From an uncultured Solirubrobacteraceae bacterium (lineage in GTDB: Bacteria; Actinomycetota; Thermoleophilia; Solirubrobacterales; Solirubrobacteraceae): a stretch of DNA of 64,000 bases. Location of the stretch: positions 1 through 64,000 of the forward strand of contig CAZPQW010000007.1 of assembly GCA_964588985.1 (NCBI GenBank). Reading direction: 5' to 3'. Shown here one piece after another: positions 53,884 through 62,711 of the stretch. The notes beneath the pieces were generated by a model, which saw only the letters and a program-made list of their open reading frames with translations, had not been told where the DNA came from and did no database searches. Every line of letters begins with the position of its first letter. The stretch's first letter is position 1. The position numbers were made by a program, and so were the translations under genes.

Positions 53884-55014
53884 ATGCACGCCGATGCCCA
53901 GCGGATCGAGCCGTCGCTCGTGCAGATCGCGCAGGAGTGGGGACGGATCGGCTGCATCGGCTTCGGCGGGCCGCCCGCGCACATCGTGCTGCTGCGCGAG
54001 CTGTGTGTCACGCGGCGCGCGTGGCTCAGCGACGTGCAGTTCGAGCGCGCGGTCGCCGCCACCAACATCCTCCCCGGCCCCGCCTCCACGCAGCTGGCGA
54101 TCTACTGCGCGTGGCGTCTGCGGGGCGTTCGCGGCGCGCTGCTAGGGGGAGCTGGCTTCATCCTCCCCGGACTGATCGCGATCATCGCGCTGTCGGTGCT
54201 CTTCCTCTCGGGCTCTCCGCCGGCGTGGCTGCGCGGCGCGGGCATGGGCGCGGGCGCGGCGGTCGCCGCGGTGGCTGTGCGCGCCGGCCTGGGCGTCGCC
54301 GGCCCGATCTGGAGATCGGCGAGCGGCGAGCGGCGCGTGGGCGTGCTCGCCTACGGGCTCGCCGGCGCCGTCGCATCGGCGCTCGCGGGACCGCTGCTGG
54401 TGCTCGTGCTGATCGCATGCGGGGCGGTCGAGCTGACGCGCGAGCGGCTCGTCGCTCGAACCCCTACGGCACACGCCTCGCTGCTGCCGGCGCTCGTGTG
54501 GACCGCGCTGAAGGTCGGCGCGCTCGCGTTCGGAGGCGGCTTCGTGATTGTGCCGCTGATGCAGTCCGACGCCGTCGGCACCTACCACTGGATGAGCCAC
54601 GGCCAGTTCCTCAACGCCGTCGCGCTCGGGCAGGTCACACCCGGCCCGCTCACACAGACGGTCGCCGTGGTGGGCTACGCCGCGGCGGGCCTGCCGGGCG
54701 CGCTGCTGGCGGCGGCGGTCGCGTTCGCGCCCTCCTTCTCCTTCGTCCTGCTCGGCGCCGCGCGCTTCGAGCGGATGCTCGTCGATGAGCGCGTGCGGGG
54801 CTTCCTCGCCGGTGCCGCGCCGGCCGCCGCCGGGGCGATCGTGGGAGCCGCGGTACCGCTCGCCTCCGCGCTCAGCCAGACGTGGCAGTACCCGCTGTTG
54901 GCAGCGGCTGCCGTCGCGCTGCTCGTGCTGCGCCGGAGCGTCGTCCCCACGCTGCTGCTCGCCGGCTGTGTCGGCGTGGTGGCCGCGCTCGTCGGCGCGC
55001 CGATCCCGCACTGA
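53884..55014 (+). CDS. chrA: Chromate efflux transporter (long-chain CHR)
   Basis: GFGGPPAHI, LPGPASTQLA, AFGGG, GQVTPGP. Confidence 0.92.
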   Translation: MHADAQRIEPSLVQIAQEWGRIGCIGFGGPPAHIVLLRELCVTRRAWLSDVQFERAVAATNILPGPASTQLAIYCAWRLRGVRGALLGGAGFILPGLIAIIALSVLFLSGSPPAWLRGAGMGAGAAVAAVAVRAGLGVAGPIWRSASGERRVGVLAYGLAGAVASALAGPLLVLVLIACGAVELTRERLVARTPTAHASLLPALVWTALKVGALAFGGGFVIVPLMQSDAVGTYHWMSHGQFLNAVALGQVTPGPLTQTVAVVGYAAAGLPGALLAAAVAFAPSFSFVLLGAARFERMLVDERVRGFLAGAAPAAAGAIVGAAVPLASALSQTWQYPLLAAAAVALLVLRRSVVPTLLLAGCVGVVAALVGAPIPH

Positions 55015-55128
55015 GCACCGCGCCACACGGCGCAGTCGGGAACACCCGCGCGGATCTTCACCGTCGCTTCACACGATCGTTGCTGCTTGGTCACAAAAAA
55101 CCGCCCTTTGCAGGGAATTCTGACTGAT

Positions 55129-57528
55129 ATGAACGGACGAGGAACGACAACGCAAACGCAGCAACCAACGACACGCGTGGACATGCACTGCCACTCCACC
55201 GCGTCACAGGAGTCACGGCTCGGTGTGCAGCGCGCCGTCGGACTGCCAGAGTGCGCGACGCCTCCGCTGGAGGTCTACGAGCTGGCCAAGCGCCGAGGCA
55301 TGGATTTCGTGACCATCACCGACCACGACACGATCGCAGGAGTCCTCGAGATCGCCGACCGTCCCGACGTGTTCGTCTCGGTCGAGCTGACCGCGCACTT
55401 CCGCGGCGAGCCTCAGGCGGTTCACGTGCTCTGCTACGGCATCACGCCGGAGGATCACGAGTGGCTGCAGGCGCACCGCGGCGACGTGGAGCTGTGCGCG
55501 GCGTACATGCACGAGCGCGAGATCGCGTGCGCGCTCGCCCACCCCTACTACACGGTCGCAGCGCCGCTGAGCGCCCGCCACCGCCGCCGCCTGGCGGAGC
55601 TGTTCGGCGTGTGGGAGATCCGCAACGGCGCTCGCGCGCGCGAGCTCAACCGACCCGCGGCGACGTACGTGGCCACGCGCGACGGCGTCGGCATCGGCGG
55701 CAGCGACGACCACGCGGGCGTGGACATCGGGCGCACGTACACCGAAGCGCCAGCGGCGAGCACGCCCGAGGAGTTCCTCGCGCACATGCGCGCGGGAGAT
55801 GTGGTCGCGCGCGGCGCGCAGGGCAGCGCGGCCAAGTGGGCGCACGCGGCGATCGCGCTCGCGGCCCGCTCGCTCGAGCAGGGCCCGAACGCGGAGGTGA
55901 GCACCGGGCGCCCGGATCCGCAGCGGGTGATGACGATGCTGCACCGGCTGCTGAGGGAGGGCGACCTGCGCGAGAGCTCCAACACGGCCGGCGGGGCGGT
56001 CTCGCCCGAGGACGCGCGCTGCCTGCTGCGCGCGTGGCTCGCGGCGGTGGAGCTCGACCACCTCGACGCCGCCGGTCTGATCGCGCTGATGCAGGAGGAG
56101 TCCTTCAGCCACTCGGGGCTCTACCGGCGTGCGTGCCGTCTACACGAGCGCAAGCTGCGCGCCGCGGTGGACGTCGCGGTGAGCGCGGCGACCGGGGAGG
56201 CGGACGTGATGAGCGCCGCGGAGGGCCTGTTCGAGGCGTGCATCGCCGCGATCCCCTACGCGCCCGCCACCGCGTTCCTCGCGGGCGAGCAGGCGAAGCT
56301 CGCCGCGATCCCCTACTCCGGCCCACAGCGCATCGGCGCGGGCCCAAGCGTCGGGGCGCAGCGCCGCGAGGACGGCGAGACGCCGCGGGTGGCGATCCTC
56401 GCGGACGGCATCGGCTCGACGCACGGCGTCACTCGCACGATCGAGGAGATCCGCCAGCGCGGAGTGCCGGGCTTCGAGATCGAGGTCGTCGGCACCGACC
56501 CGGAGGTCGACCGGCGCCTGTCCGCGGTGGCGGAGATCGACGTCCCCTTCTACCCGGGGCTGCGGATCGGCGTCCCGAGCCTGCCCGGTGCGGTGCAGAC
56601 GCTCGCGGACGGCTGCTTCGACGCGATCCACGTGTGCTCGCCCGGACCGGCGGGAGTGGCGGGCGCGCTCGTAGCCCGCGCGCTCGGACTGCCACTTGTC
56701 GGCAGCTACCACACGGAGCTCACCGCGTACGCGGGCCTGCGCTCCGGGGAGCGTCGCGTGGCGGATGCGATGGCGATGGCGGTCGCGGCGTTCTACGGCG
56801 CGTGCGACGTGGTCCTCTCCCCCAGCGCCGCCGCCGACGCCGCACTCGCGTCGATCGGGATGGCTCCCGAGCGGGTGCTGCGCTGGGACCGCGGCGTGGA
56901 CACTTCGCGCTTCCGCCCCGCCCTGCGCGACTCGGCGCTGCGTAGGGACACCGAGGAGATCACGGTGATGTACTCGGGCCGGATCACGCGCGAGAAGGGC
57001 ATCGACCTGCTCGCCGACGCGTTCCTGCTCGCCCGCGCGTGCGACCCGCGGCTGCGCCTGCAGCTGGCCGGCGGCGGACCCGAGGAGGAGCGTGTGCGCG
57101 AGCGCCTCGGCGAGAGCGCGCGCTTCCTCGGCTGGCTGGAGGGCGATGAGCTCGCGCAGGCGTACGCGGGCGCGGACATCTTCCTGTTCACGAGCTCCAC
57201 CGACACGTTCGGCCAGGTGATCCTCGAGGCGCAGGCGAGCGGGCTGCCGGTGATCGCGGTCGCCGAGGGCGGTCCGCTGTCGCTCATCGATCACCGTACG
57301 AGCGGGCTGCTGTGCCGCCCCGACGCGGCGCGTCTCGCGGCCACGCTGCTCGAGCTGGCCGACTCGCCGCTGCTGCGCGAGCACCTCTCCCGCGGCGCGC
57401 TTCGCGCGGTGGCGCAGCGCACGTGGGAGCGCACGCTCGAGCGCCTCGCGGACGGCTACCAGCACGTGCTCGGCGGATCGGGATCCCAGCAATCTCCAGG
57501 CGCCGAGCTGCGCGAGCGCGCGGCGTAG
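55129..57528 (+). CDS. PHP phosphoesterase domain - GT4 glycosyltransferase fusion
   Basis: N-terminal DMHCHS, TITDHDT, AHP, GGSDDHAG; C-terminal HGVTRT, GSYHTE, RGVD, GRITREKG, TDTFGQVILEAQASGLPV. Confidence 0.9.
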   Translation: MNGRGTTTQTQQPTTRVDMHCHSTASQESRLGVQRAVGLPECATPPLEVYELAKRRGMDFVTITDHDTIAGVLEIADRPDVFVSVELTAHFRGEPQAVHVLCYGITPEDHEWLQAHRGDVELCAAYMHEREIACALAHPYYTVAAPLSARHRRRLAELFGVWEIRNGARARELNRPAATYVATRDGVGIGGSDDHAGVDIGRTYTEAPAASTPEEFLAHMRAGDVVARGAQGSAAKWAHAAIALAARSLEQGPNAEVSTGRPDPQRVMTMLHRLLREGDLRESSNTAGGAVSPEDARCLLRAWLAAVELDHLDAAGLIALMQEESFSHSGLYRRACRLHERKLRAAVDVAVSAATGEADVMSAAEGLFEACIAAIPYAPATAFLAGEQAKLAAIPYSGPQRIGAGPSVGAQRREDGETPRVAILADGIGSTHGVTRTIEEIRQRGVPGFEIEVVGTDPEVDRRLSAVAEIDVPFYPGLRIGVPSLPGAVQTLADGCFDAIHVCSPGPAGVAGALVARALGLPLVGSYHTELTAYAGLRSGERRVADAMAMAVAAFYGACDVVLSPSAAADAALASIGMAPERVLRWDRGVDTSRFRPALRDSALRRDTEEITVMYSGRITREKGIDLLADAFLLARACDPRLRLQLAGGGPEEERVRERLGESARFLGWLEGDELAQAYAGADIFLFTSSTDTFGQVILEAQASGLPVIAVAEGGPLSLIDHRTSGLLCRPDAARLAATLLELADSPLLREHLSRGALRAVAQRTWERTLERLADGYQHVLGGSGSQQSPGAELRERAA

Positions 57529-57533
57529 AGATC

Positions 57534-58307
57534 GTGCCCGCGCGCTGCCCCACCGACTCCGGGCGAACGATCGCGGTCGCGCTGCACGGGATCGAGCCGG
57601 CCACGTACGAACGCTGCGCGGTGATCCGCGACTGGCTCGAAGACCACGGCGTGGGCCGCGTGACGCTGCTTGTGATCCCCGCACGCGATCTGCACCCGGT
57701 CGGTGAGCGCGCGCCGGAGATGGTGGACTGGTTGAGCGAGCGCCGCCGCACGGGCGACTCGATCGCCCAGCACGGCTTTCAGCACGTGCGCGCACGTCAC
57801 GGGTCCTACGCGCAGCAGATGCTCGCGCGCGCCCCAGGACATCGCAGCGGCGAGTTCGTGGGGCTCGACCTCGAGGAGACGCGGCGAGCTGTGCACGCCG
57901 GCTGGCGTGTGCTCAAGCTCGCGGGCATCGAGCCGGACGGGTTCGTCGCGCCCTCCTACGCGTACACCGCGGCGCTGCGCCACACGCTCGGACAGCGCTT
58001 CAGCTGGTGGGCGGGGCTGCTGCGCGTGCACCGCGCCCAGGACGCTCTCGCCGCGGACCCCGAGTTCATGGACCACTCCCACGTCGGCCTCGCGCCCGCA
58101 TGGAGCCTCGCCTCGGGCGGACCGTTCGGTCGCCTACTCTCACCGCCGCTCCTGCGGATCGGCTCGTTGCTGCCGACGAGCACGCTGCGCCTGGACATCC
58201 ACCCCGACGACCTGCGGCACCCGCATCACATGATGGCCCTCGAGTGGGTGCTCGGGCGGGTGGGCTCGCGACGCGCGGTCACCTACCGCGAGCTCGCGGG
58301 CGTCTGA
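57534..58307 (+). CDS. DUF2334 / NodB-like polysaccharide deacetylase family protein
   Basis: VALHGIEP, TLLVIP, IAQHGFQH, GEF, GFVAPSY, RLDIHPDD. Confidence 0.8.
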   Translation: MPARCPTDSGRTIAVALHGIEPATYERCAVIRDWLEDHGVGRVTLLVIPARDLHPVGERAPEMVDWLSERRRTGDSIAQHGFQHVRARHGSYAQQMLARAPGHRSGEFVGLDLEETRRAVHAGWRVLKLAGIEPDGFVAPSYAYTAALRHTLGQRFSWWAGLLRVHRAQDALAADPEFMDHSHVGLAPAWSLASGGPFGRLLSPPLLRIGSLLPTSTLRLDIHPDDLRHPHHMMALEWVLGRVGSRRAVTYRELAGV

Positions 58308-58321
58308 CCCTAGAACCTAAA

Positions 58322-59707
58322 TCAGTTCTTCGCCGCGGTGAACATCGCGGGTTCGAACGACTTCACCGCGGGCAGCGCGGCGTAGCCGAGGTGCTGCAGG
58401 CCGAACAGGTCCTCGATCGTGCGCAGAAGCGAGAAATGGTTGAAGGGTTCCTGGTTGGTGGCGCCGCCTTTGACGTACGGGGAGAGCAGCAGCGCTCCCA
58501 CCGTGCCGCCGCCGCGCGGCGTCAGGCTGGTGGTGGCGGGGAGGTTGGGGAACCGCGGCTGGCCGCAGCAGGAGCTCGAGTCGGTGAACGCGCCGCTCGA
58601 GGGCGCCTCGTCGACGGTTACGACGATCAGGCCGTCCTGCTTGTAGGCCTTAGACGCCGTGATCTCCGGGACGACCTTCTGCAGGAACGCGTCCGCCGGA
58701 CTGAGGCCCGCGGGCGCTCCGGCCGTGCACGGAGTGGGGTTCCCGTCGTGGCAGCGGTCGGGGACGATGTAGGAGAGGCTCGGCGTGCGCTTCGCGTTTC
58801 CGAGGTCCGTCTTCAGCCGATCGAGGCCGACGTCGTCCGCGGCGCAGGACGCCGTGAGCGACTGGAAGTACACGAGCGGGTTGCGGAACGTCGCGTATGC
58901 ACCGGTGCTCGCGCCTTGAGCGGACGTCGGGTCGGGCTGTCCGAGCGCAGGGTGCGCGCACGCGCCGGCCGAGGCGCCCGCTTCGTCGATCCCCTCCACA
59001 TACGCTCGCCAGCTGAGGTGCTTGGCGACGAGCTGCCCGGGGAGCGTCTGTGTGGATGACGGGTACACGCAGCCGTTGCCCTGCACCTGTTCGGAGGCGC
59101 CGGCGCTCGCCGGTTCGATCGCGGTGTACGTGGCGCAGTTGGCGGTCGTTTCGGTCGTCGGTCCCTGGCCGCTGAGCAGCGCGATCTCGTTGGCGAGCTC
59201 CTCGTGGGCGACGGCGTCGTAGCGGACCAGCAGCTCGCCCTTGTGCTCGAGCGTGTGTGCCAGGTAGTGCGCTGAGGATTCGGGTCCGAACACGGCCGCG
59301 TAGGGCTGGTCGGAGAGCGCGATCACGAACACGTGCTTGATCGCGGGGAGCTTCGTCGCCGGGGTGCCCGGCGACGGCTTGCTCGATTCTTCTTCGCCGC
59401 TCGATTTGCCGTTCGAGCTCGGCGATTTCGTGGCGGCTTTCTTCGGCGACGGCGTTTCCGCGGTGGGCGTCGGTTCGGCTTCGGATTCGGGCGGTTCGCT
59501 GGCGGATTCCGACGACGGGGTCGAGCTGGGCGTGCTCGACCCCGGTGTGGCGGCCGGGCTCACCACCTTCACGATCGGCGCGACCGACGCCGCGAGCGCG
59601 TACTCAGACTGCCTCGTCGCGCGCCCGATCAGCACGCCAAATCCCAGGAACACCAATACGAGGAACGCCGAGACCTTGGGCGATGGCAGTCTCAGCCCGA
59701 AGCTCAT
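58322..59707 (-). CDS. Membrane-anchored phosphoesterase (SapM/acid phosphatase-like), apparently degenerate
   Basis: TM, S/P/E/K-rich linker, IKHVFVI, SWRAYVE, RNP..YF, PDRCHDG, TVDE, NHFSLLRTIEDLFGL. Confidence 0.8.
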   Translation of the reverse strand: MSFGLRLPSPKVSAFLVLVFLGFGVLIGRATRQSEYALAASVAPIVKVVSPAATPGSSTPSSTPSSESASEPPESEAEPTPTAETPSPKKAATKSPSSNGKSSGEEESSKPSPGTPATKLPAIKHVFVIALSDQPYAAVFGPESSAHYLAHTLEHKGELLVRYDAVAHEELANEIALLSGQGPTTETTANCATYTAIEPASAGASEQVQGNGCVYPSSTQTLPGQLVAKHLSWRAYVEGIDEAGASAGACAHPALGQPDPTSAQGASTGAYATFRNPLVYFQSLTASCAADDVGLDRLKTDLGNAKRTPSLSYIVPDRCHDGNPTPCTAGAPAGLSPADAFLQKVVPEITASKAYKQDGLIVVTVDEAPSSGAFTDSSSCCGQPRFPNLPATTSLTPRGGGTVGALLLSPYVKGGATNQEPFNHFSLLRTIEDLFGLQHLGYAALPAVKSFEPAMFTAAKN

Positions 59708-59715
59708 GTGCGGCC

Positions 59716-60174
59716 CTAGTCGTCCGAGCTGTGCGCCGGCGAGGCGAGCAGCGCGTCCATGACGGCCGTCGTGTCCTCGCTCGCGACGAGCGCAGCGCTG
59801 GGGATCCGCTCCATGAGCGTCGCGCCGCACTGCCAGCAGAAGACCGCGCCGCGACTGTGGGGAGCGGCGCAGTGCGGGCAGTTGCCCGCCACACCGCCCT
59901 CCTCCATCCGCAGCAGCCGTTCCACCTCCGCCAGTTCGCCGTCGCGCTCCTGCAGCGCTGCCGCACGGCGCACCAGCACGTCGAGTCGGAAGTGGTCACG
60001 AATCGCCATCTCGTAGGCGAGTCCGCCGAGATCCCAGTGCATCTCACGAACCTGGTCGGCGAGCGTGTCGCGCCTGCGCTGCAGGTCCGAGTGCCCCGTC
60101 GGCTCGCTCACAAGCGAAGCGGGCGGGTTCGTCCTGCCGCCGTCTCTGCCGATCGCTTCGCCAAAGCTGCTCAT
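59716..60174 (-). CDS. Coiled-coil + zinc-ribbon protein
   Basis: DLGGLAYEMAIRDHFRLD, CPHCAAP...FCWQCG. Confidence 0.8.
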   Translation of the reverse strand: MSSFGEAIGRDGGRTNPPASLVSEPTGHSDLQRRRDTLADQVREMHWDLGGLAYEMAIRDHFRLDVLVRRAAALQERDGELAEVERLLRMEEGGVAGNCPHCAAPHSRGAVFCWQCGATLMERIPSAALVASEDTTAVMDALLASPAHSSDD

Positions 60175-60178
60175 GGGT

Positions 60179-61042
60179 CTAACCGGTCGAGACGACGTCG
60201 GGGAGATTCTTGGATTTTTCCTCATAGCTCTTGCCTTTGGCGCCTTTCAGACCTTCGAGCACCGACGGCGGAGCGGGTTTGCTCTCGTTCGATCCGACGC
60301 CGCCGGAGGAACCGCCCGTGGAGCCTTCCGCCGAGCTGTGGTTGGACACCGAGATCACCTTCGCCCCCGGAAATCTCTTCTTCAGTCCGGCGAGCGCTTT
60401 CGTCGCTTCGGCCCGCTTGTGGTAGACGCCCGAGTAGATCGCGTAGCTGCCGGCGGTGAGGCTGCTGAATTCTTCGGTCTTCAGCGCGCCGACCGCTTTC
60501 GCGCCCTTCCCGGTGGCGGAGGTCTTGGCGGCCTGCACGGCACTGACCGTGGTTCCCGCTTCTGGGAGCGTCTGCAGCTGCACGGTGAAGCCACTGGTGG
60601 ATGACGGCCAGTCTCCGGTGAACGACGCTTCGCTCGACCCGGTGCTCCCGCCCGTGCCGGTCGTGCCCGCGACCGTGACCACCTGGGGCGTGGGCGCCGC
60701 GGCGGGCTTGGTGTTGCCGGAACGTCCGATCAGGATGCCGACTCCCATCGCCAGCAGGAGAACGCCGACGCCCGCGATCACGGCCAGCGTGTTGGCGCTG
60801 TCGCGCGTCTCTCGCGGCGGCTCGGATCCGGGAGGTCGCGGCGGTGTGGCCGGAGGGGATGTCGCCGTCTCCCCGCCGGGCGCCGCGCTCGGCGCGAAGC
60901 TGCTCGTGGGAGCTCGACGCTCGCCGCACTCCAGGCAGTAGCGCTGGTCGCTCGCCATCGGCGCGCCGCAGCTTGCGCACTGACCTGCACGCGCTGCTAT
61001 CGGCATTGAGCTGGCGATCGATTCGGTGGACAGTGCCATCAC
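60179..61042 (-). CDS. Zinc-ribbon + TM + SPOR-like domain protein
   Basis: CASCGAP..DQRYCLECG, one TM, GFTVQL...YAIYSGVY...ATKAL (SPOR-like). Confidence 0.75.
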   Translation of the reverse strand: MMALSTESIASSMPIAARAGQCASCGAPMASDQRYCLECGERRAPTSSFAPSAAPGGETATSPPATPPRPPGSEPPRETRDSANTLAVIAGVGVLLLAMGVGILIGRSGNTKPAAAPTPQVVTVAGTTGTGGSTGSSEASFTGDWPSSTSGFTVQLQTLPEAGTTVSAVQAAKTSATGKGAKAVGALKTEEFSSLTAGSYAIYSGVYHKRAEATKALAGLKKRFPGAKVISVSNHSSAEGSTGGSSGGVGSNESKPAPPSVLEGLKGAKGKSYEEKSKNLPDVVSTG

Positions 61043-61175
61043 CTTCGTCTTGCGATTCGAGCCGCGCGGCGCGATTGCGCACGGGTGGCTGTCAGCGACG
61101 TTGCGCTGCGGGTCCTATGGTCGATCCCACGGCGCGCACAGGCGTGATGATTTTGTGAAGAGCCCGCTGCCGCTT

Positions 61176-61391
61176 CTACGCCGCGAGGCTGCCACTGGAC
61201 AGCGATGCACCGTCGCGGCCGATGCCCATCTCGGCGCGAGCGGAAATCGCAACGGGCCCAGCCTGCTCCCACGCAGCCGATACGTCCTCGGGCTGTGCGA
61301 GGTCGCCCAAACGCGCGGCCGCGCACAGCCCGGTTGCCAGCCAGAGGACGAGCATCCAAGCGGAGACTACGAGCAGCAGGGTCATGGTCAT
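61176..61391 (-). CDS. Small membrane protein
   Basis: Hydrophobic N-terminus followed by GLCAAARLGD. Confidence 0.55.
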   Translation of the reverse strand: MTMTLLLVVSAWMLVLWLATGLCAAARLGDLAQPEDVSAAWEQAGPVAISARAEMGIGRDGASLSSGSLAA

Positions 61392-61645
61392 TGGAGGGAG
61401 CTCCGAGTTGCTGGGTGGGCGAGTTCCTCACTAAAGATATCAGGTTTATCGTTGACCACCCTCATCTGCATGGCCCAGCCCGCAAGACGCGGCCGTTCCC
61501 GGCGTGACGTACGCTTCGCGAACACCGCATCGAAACGATGTCAACCGGGTTACACAGATAAGCCCCACGAGCACGTGGCCGCGAAGTCGCGGCCTGTGAG
61601 CACTCAAAGCATGCGGGCACAAGCGAGACAAGGAGGGACTCCGAC

Positions 61646-62695
61646 ATGAGCAGGCAGATCGGTTCACGCAGGGCCCTGGGCGCGATGCTCGTGGCAAGCA
61701 TGGCGCTGATGCTCGCGCTGCCCGCCGGCTCGCAGGCCATCACGGCCAAAACGCACGTCTCCACGGGCCCGGCGACTCACCTGCGCGGCGCCACCGGCCT
61801 GCTCACCGGCCAGGTCTTTCCCCAGGGCGTCGAAACCAGCTACTACTTCCAATACGGGGTCACGACCGCGTATGGCTCGCAGACACCGACCCTCGTGGCC
61901 GGCAGCGGCACAGTCAAGGTCGCGGTGGGCCAGCCCGTCGCGGGACTGATACCGGGAACCACCTACCACTTCAGGCTGGTGGGGCTCGCTGGCGGCCTCA
62001 CGATCACCGGACGCGACAAGACGTTCGTCGCCGGCGGCACAGCGAAGACGAGGCTCGTGTTCCGGCTCGCCAAGCCCGCCGCTCCTGACGTGTTCGGCAG
62101 CCCGGCGCTGATCAGCGGGACGCTGTCTGGCCTGGGCAACGCCAACCAGCCGATCGCGCTGCAGGCGAGCCCCTACCCGTACCTGGAACCGTTTGTGAAC
62201 ATCGGCGCTCCGGGCACCACCAACTCGGTCGGAGCGTTCTCGTTCCGCGTCAGCAACCTCACGATCGGCACCCAGTTCCGCGTGGTCACGCTCGGGAAGC
62301 TGCCGGTATACAGCCCGGTGGTGACCGAGGAGGTGGCGCCGAAGGTGACCCTGCACGTGCGCGCAACCAAACGCCCCGGGTTCGTGCGCTTCTACGGGGT
62401 GGTCTCCCCCGCCAAGGTTGGAGCGCCGATCCTGTTCCAGCTGCAGAAGGCGACCAGGCCACACGGCGCCTTGGAAATCTCCACGAGATACGTGACGGCG
62501 TCCAGCACCGTGCTCAAGCGCGGCGGCGTCACGTTCTCGCGCTTCAGCGCGGTAGTGGAAATCCAGCACGCCGGCCGCTATCGGGCGATGATCAAGCTGA
62601 GCAAGGGCGCGCTGGTGTCCGGCGCGAGCAACGGCGTCGTGCTGCACAACACGGTCCCCACTCACAAGCGGAGCAAACGCAAGAAGAAAGGCTAG
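61646..62695 (+). CDS. Secreted protein with Fn3/Ig-like beta domains and a basic C-terminal tail
   Basis: AGGAGG RBS, signal peptide, ATGLLTGQV.P...YYFQYG.T..YG...GLIPGTTYHFRLV, tail KRSKRKKKG. Confidence 0.82.
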   Translation: MSRQIGSRRALGAMLVASMALMLALPAGSQAITAKTHVSTGPATHLRGATGLLTGQVFPQGVETSYYFQYGVTTAYGSQTPTLVAGSGTVKVAVGQPVAGLIPGTTYHFRLVGLAGGLTITGRDKTFVAGGTAKTRLVFRLAKPAAPDVFGSPALISGTLSGLGNANQPIALQASPYPYLEPFVNIGAPGTTNSVGAFSFRVSNLTIGTQFRVVTLGKLPVYSPVVTEEVAPKVTLHVRATKRPGFVRFYGVVSPAKVGAPILFQLQKATRPHGALEISTRYVTASSTVLKRGGVTFSRFSAVVEIQHAGRYRAMIKLSKGALVSGASNGVVLHNTVPTHKRSKRKKKG

Positions 62696-62711
62696 GAGCG
62701 AGGCCGACTGG

